Positions 9,856 to 19,468 of a stretch of 64,000 nt of DNA are shown one piece after another. A program made the translations under genes and the position numbers. The stretch's first letter is position 1; every line of letters begins with the position of its first letter. A model generated the notes under the pieces. That model had not been told where the DNA came from, made no database searches, and was given only the letters and a program-made list of their open reading frames with translations. Source of the DNA: Patescibacteria group bacterium (GTDB taxonomy: Bacteria; Patescibacteriota; Microgenomatia; UBA10105; UBA927); contig JBMOPU010000012.1 of the NCBI GenBank assembly GCA_049322955.1, forward strand, positions 83,581-147,580, given 5' to 3'.

Positions 9856-11124
9856 ATGCTTTTGTCGCACGAGGAAAATACTTCCCGTAGCTTCTATCAC
9901 CCAACCCGCCGATATCGCATACGCAAGGTGCGCGCCATTAATAGTATTCTGGAAAAGCAGAAATATAATGATCGTGATAGCCCTGAGTATCGTCAGCAAA
10001 AAATTCTGTCGGGTGTAACCGGCCATATCAAGAAGTTGCCTGTTTGGCCATACCAATAACGCATACACGGTATAGGCAATCAGGAGAATGCTCAATATCG
10101 ATTCCGCCTGCTGATACGATTGTCCAAAAAGCAAAATGATAAGTGGTGAACGGATACTAAAGAGGATGAGAGCGGGAACAAAAACTGCCGGTGCCAACCA
10201 GCCAAGGAGCTTCATATAGACGGGTGCAACCGCACGATTTTGCGCATGGCGCTCGCTGGCTATCGGAAGGAAGATGGCAAAAACCATCTGGGGGATAATA
10301 TGCAATAACGTCGCGATAGAAATCGCCGCTCCGTATAATCCGACCTCCTGAGCTCCCGCATGTGCCTGAAGCAATGAAAGTGCCAAAATGCCCGTTGCGG
10401 CGGTAATAATTTCGGAGGCGCCGACGGGAATCGCATACGGTAAAAGACCGGGCGCAAGTTGCGGCATATACCTTGTTTGCGGGAGTGTTTTTGCCATGAG
10501 AACGATATTCGTCACCGCACCCAAACCCGTCCCTACCGCATATCCTATTAAGGCGCCCGTAATGGCATGATCGAAGATTGCCATGCCGGCAATCGTCCCG
10601 ACGAATCGCAATACGATCTCAGAAGCTTCCGCGGCGTAGGCTAAACGAACCTTCAGTAATCCGAAAAAAGCGGCCCGCACAACGAGCGTAACCCCCGCTC
10701 CGATGATTGCCGACGAGAGGACGCGAAAATAACGGGCGGCATGGGGTGCTTGGATCGCATCGGCGAAAGGTGAGGAAAAAATAAAAAGCGCTATCCCTGC
10801 GGCCAACGACGTCACTGTCACCAGTGTCATCCCCGACGTGATTGCGGACGGTATTTTGTTGTCCTGATTATTCCCGCGGAAATAGGAGACAAATCTGGTT
10901 ATACTCATCGGGATGCCGAACGCGGCAAGGGTAACGAGTCCGGTCAGCGTGGAGGTGGCAAAATAAAAATCACCAAAACCTTCTAAGCCAATTCGTGCGA
11001 CATAGATTTTAAGAATAAAGCTCAGGAGTTTGGATATCCCGATGAGGAGCGAACCGAAGAGAATGCTCGAGATAAATGATAGTTCGAGCGTACCGAAAGA
11101 GAAAGCGAATCGATTTTTATCCAT
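9841..11124 (-). CDS. MOP-superfamily polysaccharide flippase (Wzx-like).
   Basis: 427 aa with about 12 predicted transmembrane segments; N-terminal region typical of the polysaccharide biosynthesis protein family. The 3' end overlaps the convergent Wzy-like gene by 15 nt. Confidence 0.7.
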   Translation of the reverse strand: MDKNRFAFSFGTLELSFISSILFGSLLIGISKLLSFILKIYVARIGLEGFGDFYFATSTLTGLVTLAAFGIPMSITRFVSYFRGNNQDNKIPSAITSGMTLVTVTSLAAGIALFIFSSPFADAIQAPHAARYFRVLSSAIIGAGVTLVVRAAFFGLLKVRLAYAAEASEIVLRFVGTIAGMAIFDHAITGALIGYAVGTGLGAVTNIVLMAKTLPQTRYMPQLAPGLLPYAIPVGASEIITAATGILALSLLQAHAGAQEVGLYGAAISIATLLHIIPQMVFAIFLPIASERHAQNRAVAPVYMKLLGWLAPAVFVPALILFSIRSPLIILLFGQSYQQAESILSILLIAYTVYALLVWPNRQLLDMAGYTRQNFLLTILRAITIIIFLLFQNTINGAHLAYAISAGWVIEATGSIFLVRQKHLLSR

Positions 11125-11145
11125 GAGCGTATGAACTCTGCAAGG

Positions 11146-12159
11146 TTAGGCAGGGAGAATCACCCCAAAGTTCGGTTTATCGGGTATGGGAAAATGAATA
11201 CGCCCTTTGTCTTTGAGCGCTTCGAGTGCCACGCGGAATATTTTCTTTCTCATCATGGATTTTGCGGTGCACACCATCCAACACGCATCGCAGGAGGCGA
11301 CGCGTTTTGCGTATGTTTGGTTTGCGAGTATTTTTTCCATTGACTCCGTTTTGATATTTCCCATTTTCCACGGCTTGAGATGACACGTGTACACGTTGCC
11401 GAGTGAATCCATATAGAAAAAACCGGTTCCCGCATCGCAGACCAGCGCCCGCTTCCCCGTCTGGACAAACGAGATGAGCCGCTTGATAAACCACCCGCGC
11501 ATAAGTTCTTTCGGGGACATTCGCGCAAGATGTTTCCGTGCGGTTTCCTCAAGCCTCATTTCAAGCCGTTCAGGATTTTTCGGCCGGAGATTTTCCTTTC
11601 CCGAACCGAAGTATATAACCGAGTTCGTCGCTACCGTCATGGAAAACTCCACTCCTAAATCATCGGCAAGCTTTTGTACTTTCGGGAGTTCGTCGACATT
11701 TTGGTCGATAAGCGTGAATGCAATTCCCAAATCCCTGGTGCCCAGCTCCTTGGCAATTTTCAGGGATTCCATTATTTTTTTATATCCGCCGGGAATCCGC
11801 CGTATTGCATCATGCGCATCTCCGATACCGTCAATGGAAACACGAAAAGCAAAATTCGGATCAATTTCCAGAATCTTAGGAAGGTGTTTTTTTACCATAT
11901 GCGGCATGAACCCATTGGAATTCATGATAAATCGCGCGTTTGGAGCTGCAGATTTCATATTGCGGACAATTTCGACAATATCTTGCCGTAAGAACGGTTC
12001 ACCCCCGGTAATATTGATGTCTTTGAGGCTTGAAGGTAACTTTTTGTAAAACTCCGGAGGAAGTTCGTTGGGAATTTTATTTTTCCAAATATCACACATG
12101 ATGCACCGTGAGTTGCAGTTTAACGTGATGGCGATAATTGCGGATGTTGGTGAAACCAT
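11146..12159 (-). CDS. Radical SAM enzyme with a C-terminal SPASM/twitch-like Cys cluster.
   Basis: CNSRCIMC (CxxxCxxC) near the N-terminus. C-terminal cysteines in VCDAGTGFFYMDSLGNVYTCH...CDACWMVC. Confidence 0.75.
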   Translation of the reverse strand: MVSPTSAIIAITLNCNSRCIMCDIWKNKIPNELPPEFYKKLPSSLKDINITGGEPFLRQDIVEIVRNMKSAAPNARFIMNSNGFMPHMVKKHLPKILEIDPNFAFRVSIDGIGDAHDAIRRIPGGYKKIMESLKIAKELGTRDLGIAFTLIDQNVDELPKVQKLADDLGVEFSMTVATNSVIYFGSGKENLRPKNPERLEMRLEETARKHLARMSPKELMRGWFIKRLISFVQTGKRALVCDAGTGFFYMDSLGNVYTCHLKPWKMGNIKTESMEKILANQTYAKRVASCDACWMVCTAKSMMRKKIFRVALEALKDKGRIHFPIPDKPNFGVILPA

Positions 12160-12178
12160 AGCAAGCGAGACTATTGTA

Positions 12179-13369
12179 TCAGAAGTTATTTGGAAAATGT
12201 TTTGTCAGAATATCCCTGATCGTGCGCATTTTTTCCTCAAGGGTATTGCGAATCGCAATATCTTTTTGCTTTTTTATTTCCGCCTCTTTCGGTTTATGAG
12301 ACAACAGTTTCCGTAGCGCATCGGCGGCATGATCTTGGTTGCGGTAAATTGAAACCAAAGGCTCAAGCAGAAGTACCTCGGGAATCGGCGCAGACAACAG
12401 CGGTTTCCCCATATAGAGAAATTCCTGTATTTTCATGGGGTATGAAAAACGCACAAACTCATCGTCGGTATCATACGGGATGATGCCGGCATCCGAATGG
12501 CGGATGTATCGGTATATATCCTCCCTCCTCTTTGCTCCGAGAAAAAAAACATTTGGAAATTTTTTGAGCGTCGCAATATGTGAGAAAAGATCCTGGGACC
12601 GCATCGGGCGGTACTGAGGGTCAACCGCACCGACAAATACAAATGATATCCGGGACAAGGAGGTCAACATCTTCGTAATAACACGAAAATCCAAACGCAT
12701 ATTGATGTTTCCCAAAAATAACACCCGGGGATGAGGAACACCGCGAAGGTCGGTCGGCTCTGATATGCGCGTCAATTTCGGCCGAATAAACATTCCTTCG
12801 GGAGTTTGGAATACCCGCGGGTGCCGGGGGAAAAGCCGGGTAAATAAGGTGCGAGAGTTTGCAAAAACAACATGTGCACCGCTGAGTACGGCATCTTCAA
12901 CATGGGGAAAACCCGACGGATGATTGATGCGGAGCGGTCCGTCAACGCAGTCATATATTTTAAAGAATTGGTTGCCAAACCACCTCGGTAACACGGCATA
13001 TTGGAGCGAAAACATCCACAACACGCTCCCCTTATGTGTTCTTGGTAAAAAAAATCGCAGAATCAGCAGTAAAAGCTTCGTGCAAATCCAATGATTCACC
13101 GAAGCTATGTTGGAAAAACGATGAAACGGAATTATATAAAGCGGGGTATATATATATTCCGTTCCTTTTCGGGAGAGTATGGGTTCGGGGTGACGTAGCC
13201 AACGAAACAGAGTCTTTCCCTCATATACCCGATACAGGACGACCGTGTTATCCCGTGCGAGATAATATGCGGTAGTCCGCTCATAGTCGGCGCTCGAAGA
13301 AAGCGGTAAAGCGAGAGGAATCACGACGCACTGTCCGCTAAATGGTGTAACCCGCGATGTACTTCTCAT
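12179..13369 (-). CDS. GT-B (GT4/GT1-like) glycosyltransferase.
   Basis: Blocks RVLFLGNINMRLDFRV...FVFVGAVDP...NVFFLGAKRREDIYRYIRHSDAGIIPY. I chose the internal ATG at 13369 because the longer track ORF overlaps the divergent downstream gene. Confidence 0.55.
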   Translation of the reverse strand: MRSTSRVTPFSGQCVVIPLALPLSSSADYERTTAYYLARDNTVVLYRVYEGKTLFRWLRHPEPILSRKGTEYIYTPLYIIPFHRFSNIASVNHWICTKLLLLILRFFLPRTHKGSVLWMFSLQYAVLPRWFGNQFFKIYDCVDGPLRINHPSGFPHVEDAVLSGAHVVFANSRTLFTRLFPRHPRVFQTPEGMFIRPKLTRISEPTDLRGVPHPRVLFLGNINMRLDFRVITKMLTSLSRISFVFVGAVDPQYRPMRSQDLFSHIATLKKFPNVFFLGAKRREDIYRYIRHSDAGIIPYDTDDEFVRFSYPMKIQEFLYMGKPLLSAPIPEVLLLEPLVSIYRNQDHAADALRKLLSHKPKEAEIKKQKDIAIRNTLEEKMRTIRDILTKHFPNNF

Positions 13370-13446
13370 GAATGGATAGGTGCGGCAGTGAACAATCCGC
13401 TTTGTCCGAAGCTTTACTCGTTTGCACTTTATTATAGTATAGAAAT

Positions 13447-14715
13447 ATGCGGAAAATACACGCAACATACCGGCGCATCACCCAGGGCGTTTTCCTGAGG
13501 TTTTTTCTCCTGATACTTATCCTCTCGGCTCTTTTTGTCAATCTTGCAGTGAAGGTCAAAAGCGTTCCGTATGAGCTTGATGAGATCATGTACTTTAACG
13601 ATACGGAAGTGCTGGATGCATTTATCCGATTTGATTTTGTATCCCCCGTCTGGGACGAGCCCGCGGCTTTTATCCAACCGCCGATGTCAAAATACATATA
13701 TGGCATGTATCTTCATCTCCGTCACAACGACGTAGGGCAAGTTCGTGATGAAATCTTACAAAATAATAACCGATACTTTCTTGACCAAATTGACGTAGAA
13801 ACTATCTCCGGATCATCTTTGGAGCCGTATTTAATTTCAATGCGTCATGTCGCGTTATTCTTCGCATTTATCACACTGATCCTTTTTGGGTACATCATCT
13901 ATATGATCGTGCCGGACATACGGGTGACGATACTTCTGCTTCTGATCATCGTACAAAGCAGGCTGTTTTACACAACTATGCTCGTTGCAAAGCCCGATCC
14001 GATTTATCTGGCATTTTTACTTGCGGGCATCATTCTGTTTGAGCGGGGAATTGCACGAAAATCAATGCCCGCTCTTATGGGGTCGGCAATCTTAGGAGGG
14101 ATCAGTACGTCAACCATACTTACCGGAGCGCTCTTTTTTATGCTGATCCCGCCGCTTTTGATTGTTCATGGATTATTTGATCGCACGGCAAAGCTTCGGT
14201 TTTCCCTCGGCGCTTGTATACTCATGCTATATGCGGGGATGTGGACATGGTATATCGTGAATCCGTCTTTGTATAGAAACCCCGTCGCCAACACGGTAAA
14301 AAACATATCAATACGGCAGGAAGTGCTCTATTACCAACGGAAAATTCCGTTGAATCAGCCCGCAAAGATCGTTTCCTGGCACGATATGGGGGCATCGCTC
14401 TCCTGCGTATTTATCCGCCACAAGGAATCAGCTTGTGAAAACGGCGCTATTTCCCCCTGGCCGATTATAAACATAGCCCTGTTGCTCCTGGGAATGTACC
14501 ACATATTACGCAGAGTGCTCATCGATAGCGATCAGAAAGCGGCAACGGTGTTAACAAGCGCGCTGTTTATCATCAGTGTAGTGTGCGGATTTCTTCCGTT
14601 TAACTGGGCACGGTATTACCTTCCGGTATTTTTTATCTATTCGCTTATCAACGCATACGGCCTATGGTATCTATTACGATTTCTCCCCGGCTACCGGCCG
14701 CTTCGTGTCATATAA
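13447..14715 (+). CDS. Polytopic membrane protein, GT-C-like (ArnT/PMT-like) putative glycosyltransferase.
   Basis: 422 aa with many transmembrane segments. Acidic first-loop motifs (YELDEIMYF, VWDEPAAF) resemble GT-C DE/DD loops. Confidence 0.45.
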   Translation: MRKIHATYRRITQGVFLRFFLLILILSALFVNLAVKVKSVPYELDEIMYFNDTEVLDAFIRFDFVSPVWDEPAAFIQPPMSKYIYGMYLHLRHNDVGQVRDEILQNNNRYFLDQIDVETISGSSLEPYLISMRHVALFFAFITLILFGYIIYMIVPDIRVTILLLLIIVQSRLFYTTMLVAKPDPIYLAFLLAGIILFERGIARKSMPALMGSAILGGISTSTILTGALFFMLIPPLLIVHGLFDRTAKLRFSLGACILMLYAGMWTWYIVNPSLYRNPVANTVKNISIRQEVLYYQRKIPLNQPAKIVSWHDMGASLSCVFIRHKESACENGAISPWPIINIALLLLGMYHILRRVLIDSDQKAATVLTSALFIISVVCGFLPFNWARYYLPVFFIYSLINAYGLWYLLRFLPGYRPLRVI

Positions 14716-14755
14716 CCTAAAGGATGATAGAATACTTCCGTTTCCTCACAAGCGT

Positions 14756-15487
14756 ATGCACATCGGCATTATCGGCGGTACCGGTTTTGAAAATCATCAA
14801 TGGCTCGTCGGGAAGAAAACGAAAATTCAGAAGACGAAGGCCGGATTTCCTTCCTCTCCTCTTCTGACTGGAGTTATTCACGGACATCAGGTCGCCGTTA
14901 TATCACGCCACGGAAAAAATCATCAATATGCCCCCACACATGTTCCGTACGCCGCTAACATTCTCGCACTAAAATCATTAGGATGTACGCATATTCTTGC
15001 CACCACCGCGTGCGGGTCGCTTCGGAGGGCGATGAAACCAGGTGATATCGTTTTTGTTGATCAGATGATCGACATGACAAAACACCGGGATGACACCTTG
15101 TTTCATAGCCGGCCGACGCATACTGCTATGGCGGAACCCTTTGATGAAAAACTTCGGGCTATTTTGGTTCGAGCCGCCCGCTTACGTGGTATGCATTTTC
15201 ATTCAAGCGGCACGATTGTCACCATCGAAGGGCCCAGATTCTCTACCCGGGCAGAGTCCCGAATGTTCCGGATGCTCGGTGCCGACGTGATTAATATGAC
15301 CACGGCAACCGAGGCGGTTCTCGCAAGGGAAGCGGGACTCTCCTACCAGGCTATTGCTATGGTGACCGATTATGATTCTTGGGACAAACGAATTTCTCCC
15401 GTCACGGAAGAGGTTGTCTTTGATAGGATGAAGAAATCGACGCAGGCAATACAGGAGTTACTGCATTTGGCGATATCTCATATATAA
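14756..15487 (+). CDS. S-methyl-5'-thioadenosine / purine nucleoside phosphorylase (MTAP family).
   Basis: Has MHIGIIGGTGF...HILATTACGSLRRAMKPGDIVFVDQMIDMT...GPRFSTRAESRMFRMLGADVINMTTATEAVLAREAG, the PNP/MTAP family blocks. Confidence 0.8.
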   Translation: MHIGIIGGTGFENHQWLVGKKTKIQKTKAGFPSSPLLTGVIHGHQVAVISRHGKNHQYAPTHVPYAANILALKSLGCTHILATTACGSLRRAMKPGDIVFVDQMIDMTKHRDDTLFHSRPTHTAMAEPFDEKLRAILVRAARLRGMHFHSSGTIVTIEGPRFSTRAESRMFRMLGADVINMTTATEAVLAREAGLSYQAIAMVTDYDSWDKRISPVTEEVVFDRMKKSTQAIQELLHLAISHI

Positions 15488-15495
15488 TACCCTTG

Positions 15496-16239
15496 ATGAA
15501 ACGCACGTTTATCCATCAGGGTATGAGCGACTTAGGAGTACGCGACAGGCTAAGGATCTTGTTCCGTCACTATATCCTCCACCCGCTCTTCGGAGATATG
15601 TTCACGAATACGGAACTTATTCATGAACTTATCGAGTATTACGATGGGTATCAGTTGCAAAACGCAAATTCGAAAAAAGGGATACTGGGATTTGGGTTGA
15701 TTCATTACGCCCTGATAACGAATTTGCGTCCCCGTCGCTTGCTGTGTATCGGTTCGAAGAAGGGATTTGTTCCCGCAATCTGTGCCCTCGCCTGTAAGCA
15801 TAATGGGTTTGGGAAAGTGGATTTTGTCGATGCGGGTTATGGGGAGTCGGACGCAACAAATCAATGGGGAGGGGTGAGTCTTTGGCGTCGGATTAATCCG
15901 CGAAGCCATTTTTCGTTTTTGGGACTCGACGCGTTTATTCAACCGTTTATCATGACCACGAAGGAATTTATCAAACGAGAAAAGCATCGTTACCAGTATA
16001 TCCATGTTGACGGTGACCACTCATATGAAGGAGTAAAAAATGACGTGCTGGGGGTGTGGCCGCGTTTATCTAAAAACGGGTATTTGGTTCTTCATGATGT
16101 CACTGTTCGCCATATGAATAATCAGCCCGACTATGGCGTATGGAGACTATGGAATGAAATAAGCGGGGCAAATAAAATTTTAGTCGACCAATCGGCAGGA
16201 TTAGGAATTATCCAGAAGAAATCAAACAGATTGTTTTAA
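15496..16239 (+). CDS. Class I SAM-dependent methyltransferase (Methyltransf_24/CmcI/TylF-like), likely a sugar O-methyltransferase.
   Basis: Has LLCIGSKKGFVP...VDFVDAGYGE...IHVDGDHSYEGVKNDVLGVWPRLSKNGYLVLHD. Confidence 0.65.
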   Translation: MKRTFIHQGMSDLGVRDRLRILFRHYILHPLFGDMFTNTELIHELIEYYDGYQLQNANSKKGILGFGLIHYALITNLRPRRLLCIGSKKGFVPAICALACKHNGFGKVDFVDAGYGESDATNQWGGVSLWRRINPRSHFSFLGLDAFIQPFIMTTKEFIKREKHRYQYIHVDGDHSYEGVKNDVLGVWPRLSKNGYLVLHDVTVRHMNNQPDYGVWRLWNEISGANKILVDQSAGLGIIQKKSNRLF

Positions 16240-16243
16240 AAAT

Positions 16244-17272
16244 ATGAAACTACTCGTTACGGGAGGATGCGGTTTTGCCGGATCACATATCTGCGAATAT
16301 TTTAGGAAAGAAGGTGCAACCGTTGTGTCGTACGACAATCTGACGACCCATGAGCTTATGCGAACCGGTTACAAAGCCACAAGCGCCAGGCAGTACAACG
16401 AATCACTGCTTCGGTCGATAGGGGTGAAGATGGTGAAGGGAGACATTCGCGATTTATCCGCGCTGGCTTCTCATGCAAAAAGCGCGGACTATATTATCCA
16501 TACGGCGGCTCAACCCGCCGTGACCATATCCCTAGAGGATCCGGTGTTGGACTTTACCACCAACGCGGTGGGCACGTTCAACGTGCTTGAATGCGCGCGA
16601 AAATACAAAATACCGACCGTTTCCTGTGCGACCATTCACGTCTATGGCAATGAGCTCAACCAAATGCTTACGGAAGAAAAAACACGGTATGCGTATGCCA
16701 AAAAAACAATTGCGGAATCCTTCCCGATTGGGAACGGAGTGCTCACCCCGCTTCATGCATCAAAAATCGCGGGTGATACCCTGGTGAAGGCATATGCGGA
16801 CTCTTTTCGTCTGCCGGTAGCCTCGTTTCGCCTCACCGGCCTTTACGGCACACGGCAGTTCGGTGGTGAAGATCACGGATGGGTAGCAAATTTTGTCATT
16901 CGTGCCCTGACACAACGGCAAATTACGGTCTACGGAAACGGAAAACAGGTGCGCGATATTTTATACGTCACCGATTTGGTAAAAGCATTTGAGCGATTTT
17001 ATCGCTACCAAAAAGCAGGCATTTACAATATCGGGGGAGGTCTTCCCACCAAAATTTCACTCATCGAGACGCTATCGCTTATAGAAAAACTGGTAAAAAC
17101 TCCGCTGAACGTATCATATCAGCCGGGAAGGGTCGGAGATCTCCGATACTTTGTTTGTGACATAGCGCGTGCCAAAAGACATCTTCATTGGAGGCCTCTG
17201 GTCTCCCCCAAAACGGGTATCACCCATATGATACGGTGGGTGAAAAAAAACATGGAGCTTTTTACCGAATGA
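16244..17272 (+). CDS. NAD-dependent epimerase/dehydratase (extended SDR; CDP-paratose-2-epimerase/UDP-Glc-4-epimerase-like).
   Basis: N-terminal VTGGCGFAGSH Rossmann motif, SCATIHVYG, and C-terminal YNIGGG. The YxxxK region is atypical (YAYAKK ... LHASKIAGD). Confidence 0.7.
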   Translation: MKLLVTGGCGFAGSHICEYFRKEGATVVSYDNLTTHELMRTGYKATSARQYNESLLRSIGVKMVKGDIRDLSALASHAKSADYIIHTAAQPAVTISLEDPVLDFTTNAVGTFNVLECARKYKIPTVSCATIHVYGNELNQMLTEEKTRYAYAKKTIAESFPIGNGVLTPLHASKIAGDTLVKAYADSFRLPVASFRLTGLYGTRQFGGEDHGWVANFVIRALTQRQITVYGNGKQVRDILYVTDLVKAFERFYRYQKAGIYNIGGGLPTKISLIETLSLIEKLVKTPLNVSYQPGRVGDLRYFVCDIARAKRHLHWRPLVSPKTGITHMIRWVKKNMELFTE

Positions 17273-18018
17273 CAAAGAACACACTTACCATCGGAGTTAT
17301 TCCGGCGGCCGGTGCCGGAACACGGTTAGGGTATCTCAGCACGGTACTGCCGAAAGCGCTTTTCCCGTTGTATGACCGGCCGATCCTTCATTATGTCATT
17401 AACCAGATGCAATCCCTCGGTATTGAAGATATTTACATCGTCATTCACGTGTATGGGGATAAAATTATGGAATATTGTCGAAACATACAGGGAAGCCTGA
17501 AGGCAAGAATCCATTTTGTTCATCAGCCGAAACTCTTGGGAACAGCAGATGCGATTCTCCGAACGGAGCAATATATAGGCAAGAATCCCTTTCTTGTCAT
17601 GTATGGCGACGATTGTACCGTTTCCGATTCCCTCCCCGAGCTTCTTTCTTTTTTCCAATCATCCGACGGGGTCGTAACGGAGGCCGTCATACGTGAAAAA
17701 CGAACGACAATTCTTCAACAAACATGTTCCGTCAAATTATTGCGAAATCATAAAATTGCGGAAATTTTAGAAAAACCGAAACGGCCGCCGTATCCGATGC
17801 GCGGGTGTGGCGTCTATGCTTTTCGATCTGAAATATTTCGCCATATTCGTCAAACGCCCTTGCATGCTCAGCGAAAGGAGCGCGAGATAACATACACCAT
17901 TAATCAATTGGCACAACAAGGCAAGGCATACGGGTATCCTATACGCGGGCATAATATAAATATTAATAACTATGACGAGCTCATCCGCGCAAGTTTTTTG
18001 GTGAAGCGGACGCGGTAG
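17269..18018 (+). CDS. Sugar-phosphate nucleotidyltransferase (NDP-sugar pyrophosphorylase; RfbA/RfbF-like).
   Basis: Has IGVIPAAGAGTRLGYLSTVLPKALFPLYDRPILHYVI. ATG 17269 overlaps the upstream stop as ATGA. Confidence 0.75.
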   Translation: MTKNTLTIGVIPAAGAGTRLGYLSTVLPKALFPLYDRPILHYVINQMQSLGIEDIYIVIHVYGDKIMEYCRNIQGSLKARIHFVHQPKLLGTADAILRTEQYIGKNPFLVMYGDDCTVSDSLPELLSFFQSSDGVVTEAVIREKRTTILQQTCSVKLLRNHKIAEILEKPKRPPYPMRGCGVYAFRSEIFRHIRQTPLHAQRKEREITYTINQLAQQGKAYGYPIRGHNININNYDELIRASFLVKRTR

Positions 18019-18067
18019 TATATAATTTTCTATTCCTCATTGCGTAAAGGAGAAAACGGGTATTTTT

Positions 18068-19468
18068 ATGAAATCTAATTTCATTGTCATCGGCGCGGGT
18101 CCTGCCGGACTTGCCTGCGGATATGAGTTGACGCGTCTTATACCGGGGAACCGACAAAACATCATCGTGTTAGAAAAAAACGCATTGCCCGGCGGTCTGG
18201 CCCGCTCCAGTACATTTCGGGGGCGCGTGTATGATATCGGACCGCACCGATTCTATACAAAAAATATGGAAGTGCTTCGTTTGTGGAAAAAACTGCTCGG
18301 GCGGGATTTTCGAAGGGTAAAGCGACACACCCGCATTTTTTATAAGGGGAAGTATTTCCATTACCCGCTGGATATGCTGGACGTCATTATCAATATAGGA
18401 GTTATTGAGTCATTGAAGTGTCTGATAAGTTATGCGGGAGCGCAGATTGCTTATAGGGGCAAGGAATCAAAAACCTTTGAAGATTGGGTGATCGCCCATT
18501 TCGGGAAAAGGCTTTATGAAATGTTTTTTCAAAGTTATACGGAAAAGGTATGGGGAATACCGTGCAAAGAAATTGCGGCAAAGTGGGCAAGCCAACGGAT
18601 AAAAAATCTGGATTTTAAGGAGCTCCTATTAACCGCATTGCATATACGGACAACGCCCAACGCCAAGAGTTTGGTGAAAGAATTTTATTACCCCAAAAAA
18701 GGGGCGGGACAGATGTATCGGAAGATAGCCGAGGTAATACGCCGGAAGAACGGAAAAGTAGCGTTACGATCTTCGGTTACACGAATGCGGGTGAAAGGCG
18801 ATGTGATCGCGTCCGTGACGTATACGAAGGCGGGCAAAGAATATACGTTACCGGCAACGGAAGTGTTTTCAAGTATGCCAATTACCTCCTGTATTGAGGC
18901 CTTGGAACCCCCTCCTCCCAAAAAGGTTTTGCTCGCTTCCCGATCATTACGCTACCGGGATCATATAACGGTAAATCTTTTGGTGAAGGGAAACAATATC
19001 TTCCCGGATCAATGGATTTATATTCATGACAAACAGGTAAAAGCGGCAAGAATCGCCAATTACAATAACTTCTCCGATCGGCAATCCTCATTGAGGCAAA
19101 GCGCGTTATCCGTCGAATATTTTGTTTTCCGTACCGATTCATTATGGCGGGCAAAAGATGAAGCTCTTATCGCTTTTGCAACGGAGGAATTGCAACGAAT
19201 TGGATTACTCCGGCACGGAGCGGTTATTGATGGCTTTGTGGTAAGGGAGGCGGATTCTTATCCGATGTATTTTGTCGGGTACGAATCACATTTTGCTACC
19301 GTTTCACGGTATCTTTCATCGATACGAAACCTTCACCTTATCGGCCGTGGCGGCATGTATAAATATAATAATATGGATCACTCAATGATCGACGGATTGA
19401 TTTCCGCAAGGAATATGGTGCATTCGGGCACGATGAAACAAAAGGAAACCCATGATTATCTTGAATAA
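18068..19468 (+). CDS. FAD-dependent oxidoreductase of the amine-oxidase/UDP-galactopyranose-mutase-like superfamily.
   Basis: Has FIVIGAGPAGLACGYEL (GxGxxG)...LEKNALPGGLARS...YDIGPHRFYT. It is 466 aa, longer than canonical Glf. Confidence 0.55.
   Translation: MKSNFIVIGAGPAGLACGYELTRLIPGNRQNIIVLEKNALPGGLARSSTFRGRVYDIGPHRFYTKNMEVLRLWKKLLGRDFRRVKRHTRIFYKGKYFHYPLDMLDVIINIGVIESLKCLISYAGAQIAYRGKESKTFEDWVIAHFGKRLYEMFFQSYTEKVWGIPCKEIAAKWASQRIKNLDFKELLLTALHIRTTPNAKSLVKEFYYPKKGAGQMYRKIAEVIRRKNGKVALRSSVTRMRVKGDVIASVTYTKAGKEYTLPATEVFSSMPITSCIEALEPPPPKKVLLASRSLRYRDHITVNLLVKGNNIFPDQWIYIHDKQVKAARIANYNNFSDRQSSLRQSALSVEYFVFRTDSLWRAKDEALIAFATEELQRIGLLRHGAVIDGFVVREADSYPMYFVGYESHFATVSRYLSSIRNLHLIGRGGMYKYNNMDHSMIDGLISARNMVHSGTMKQKETHDYLE

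Noticed and set aside
11146-12159. Possibility that the radical SAM protein is QueE, partnering the QueC-like gene at 25336-26301
   Set aside because: It carries a C-terminal SPASM/twitch-type Cys cluster and is about 337 aa, unlike QueE. It is also 13 kb from the QueC-like gene, on a different transcription unit.
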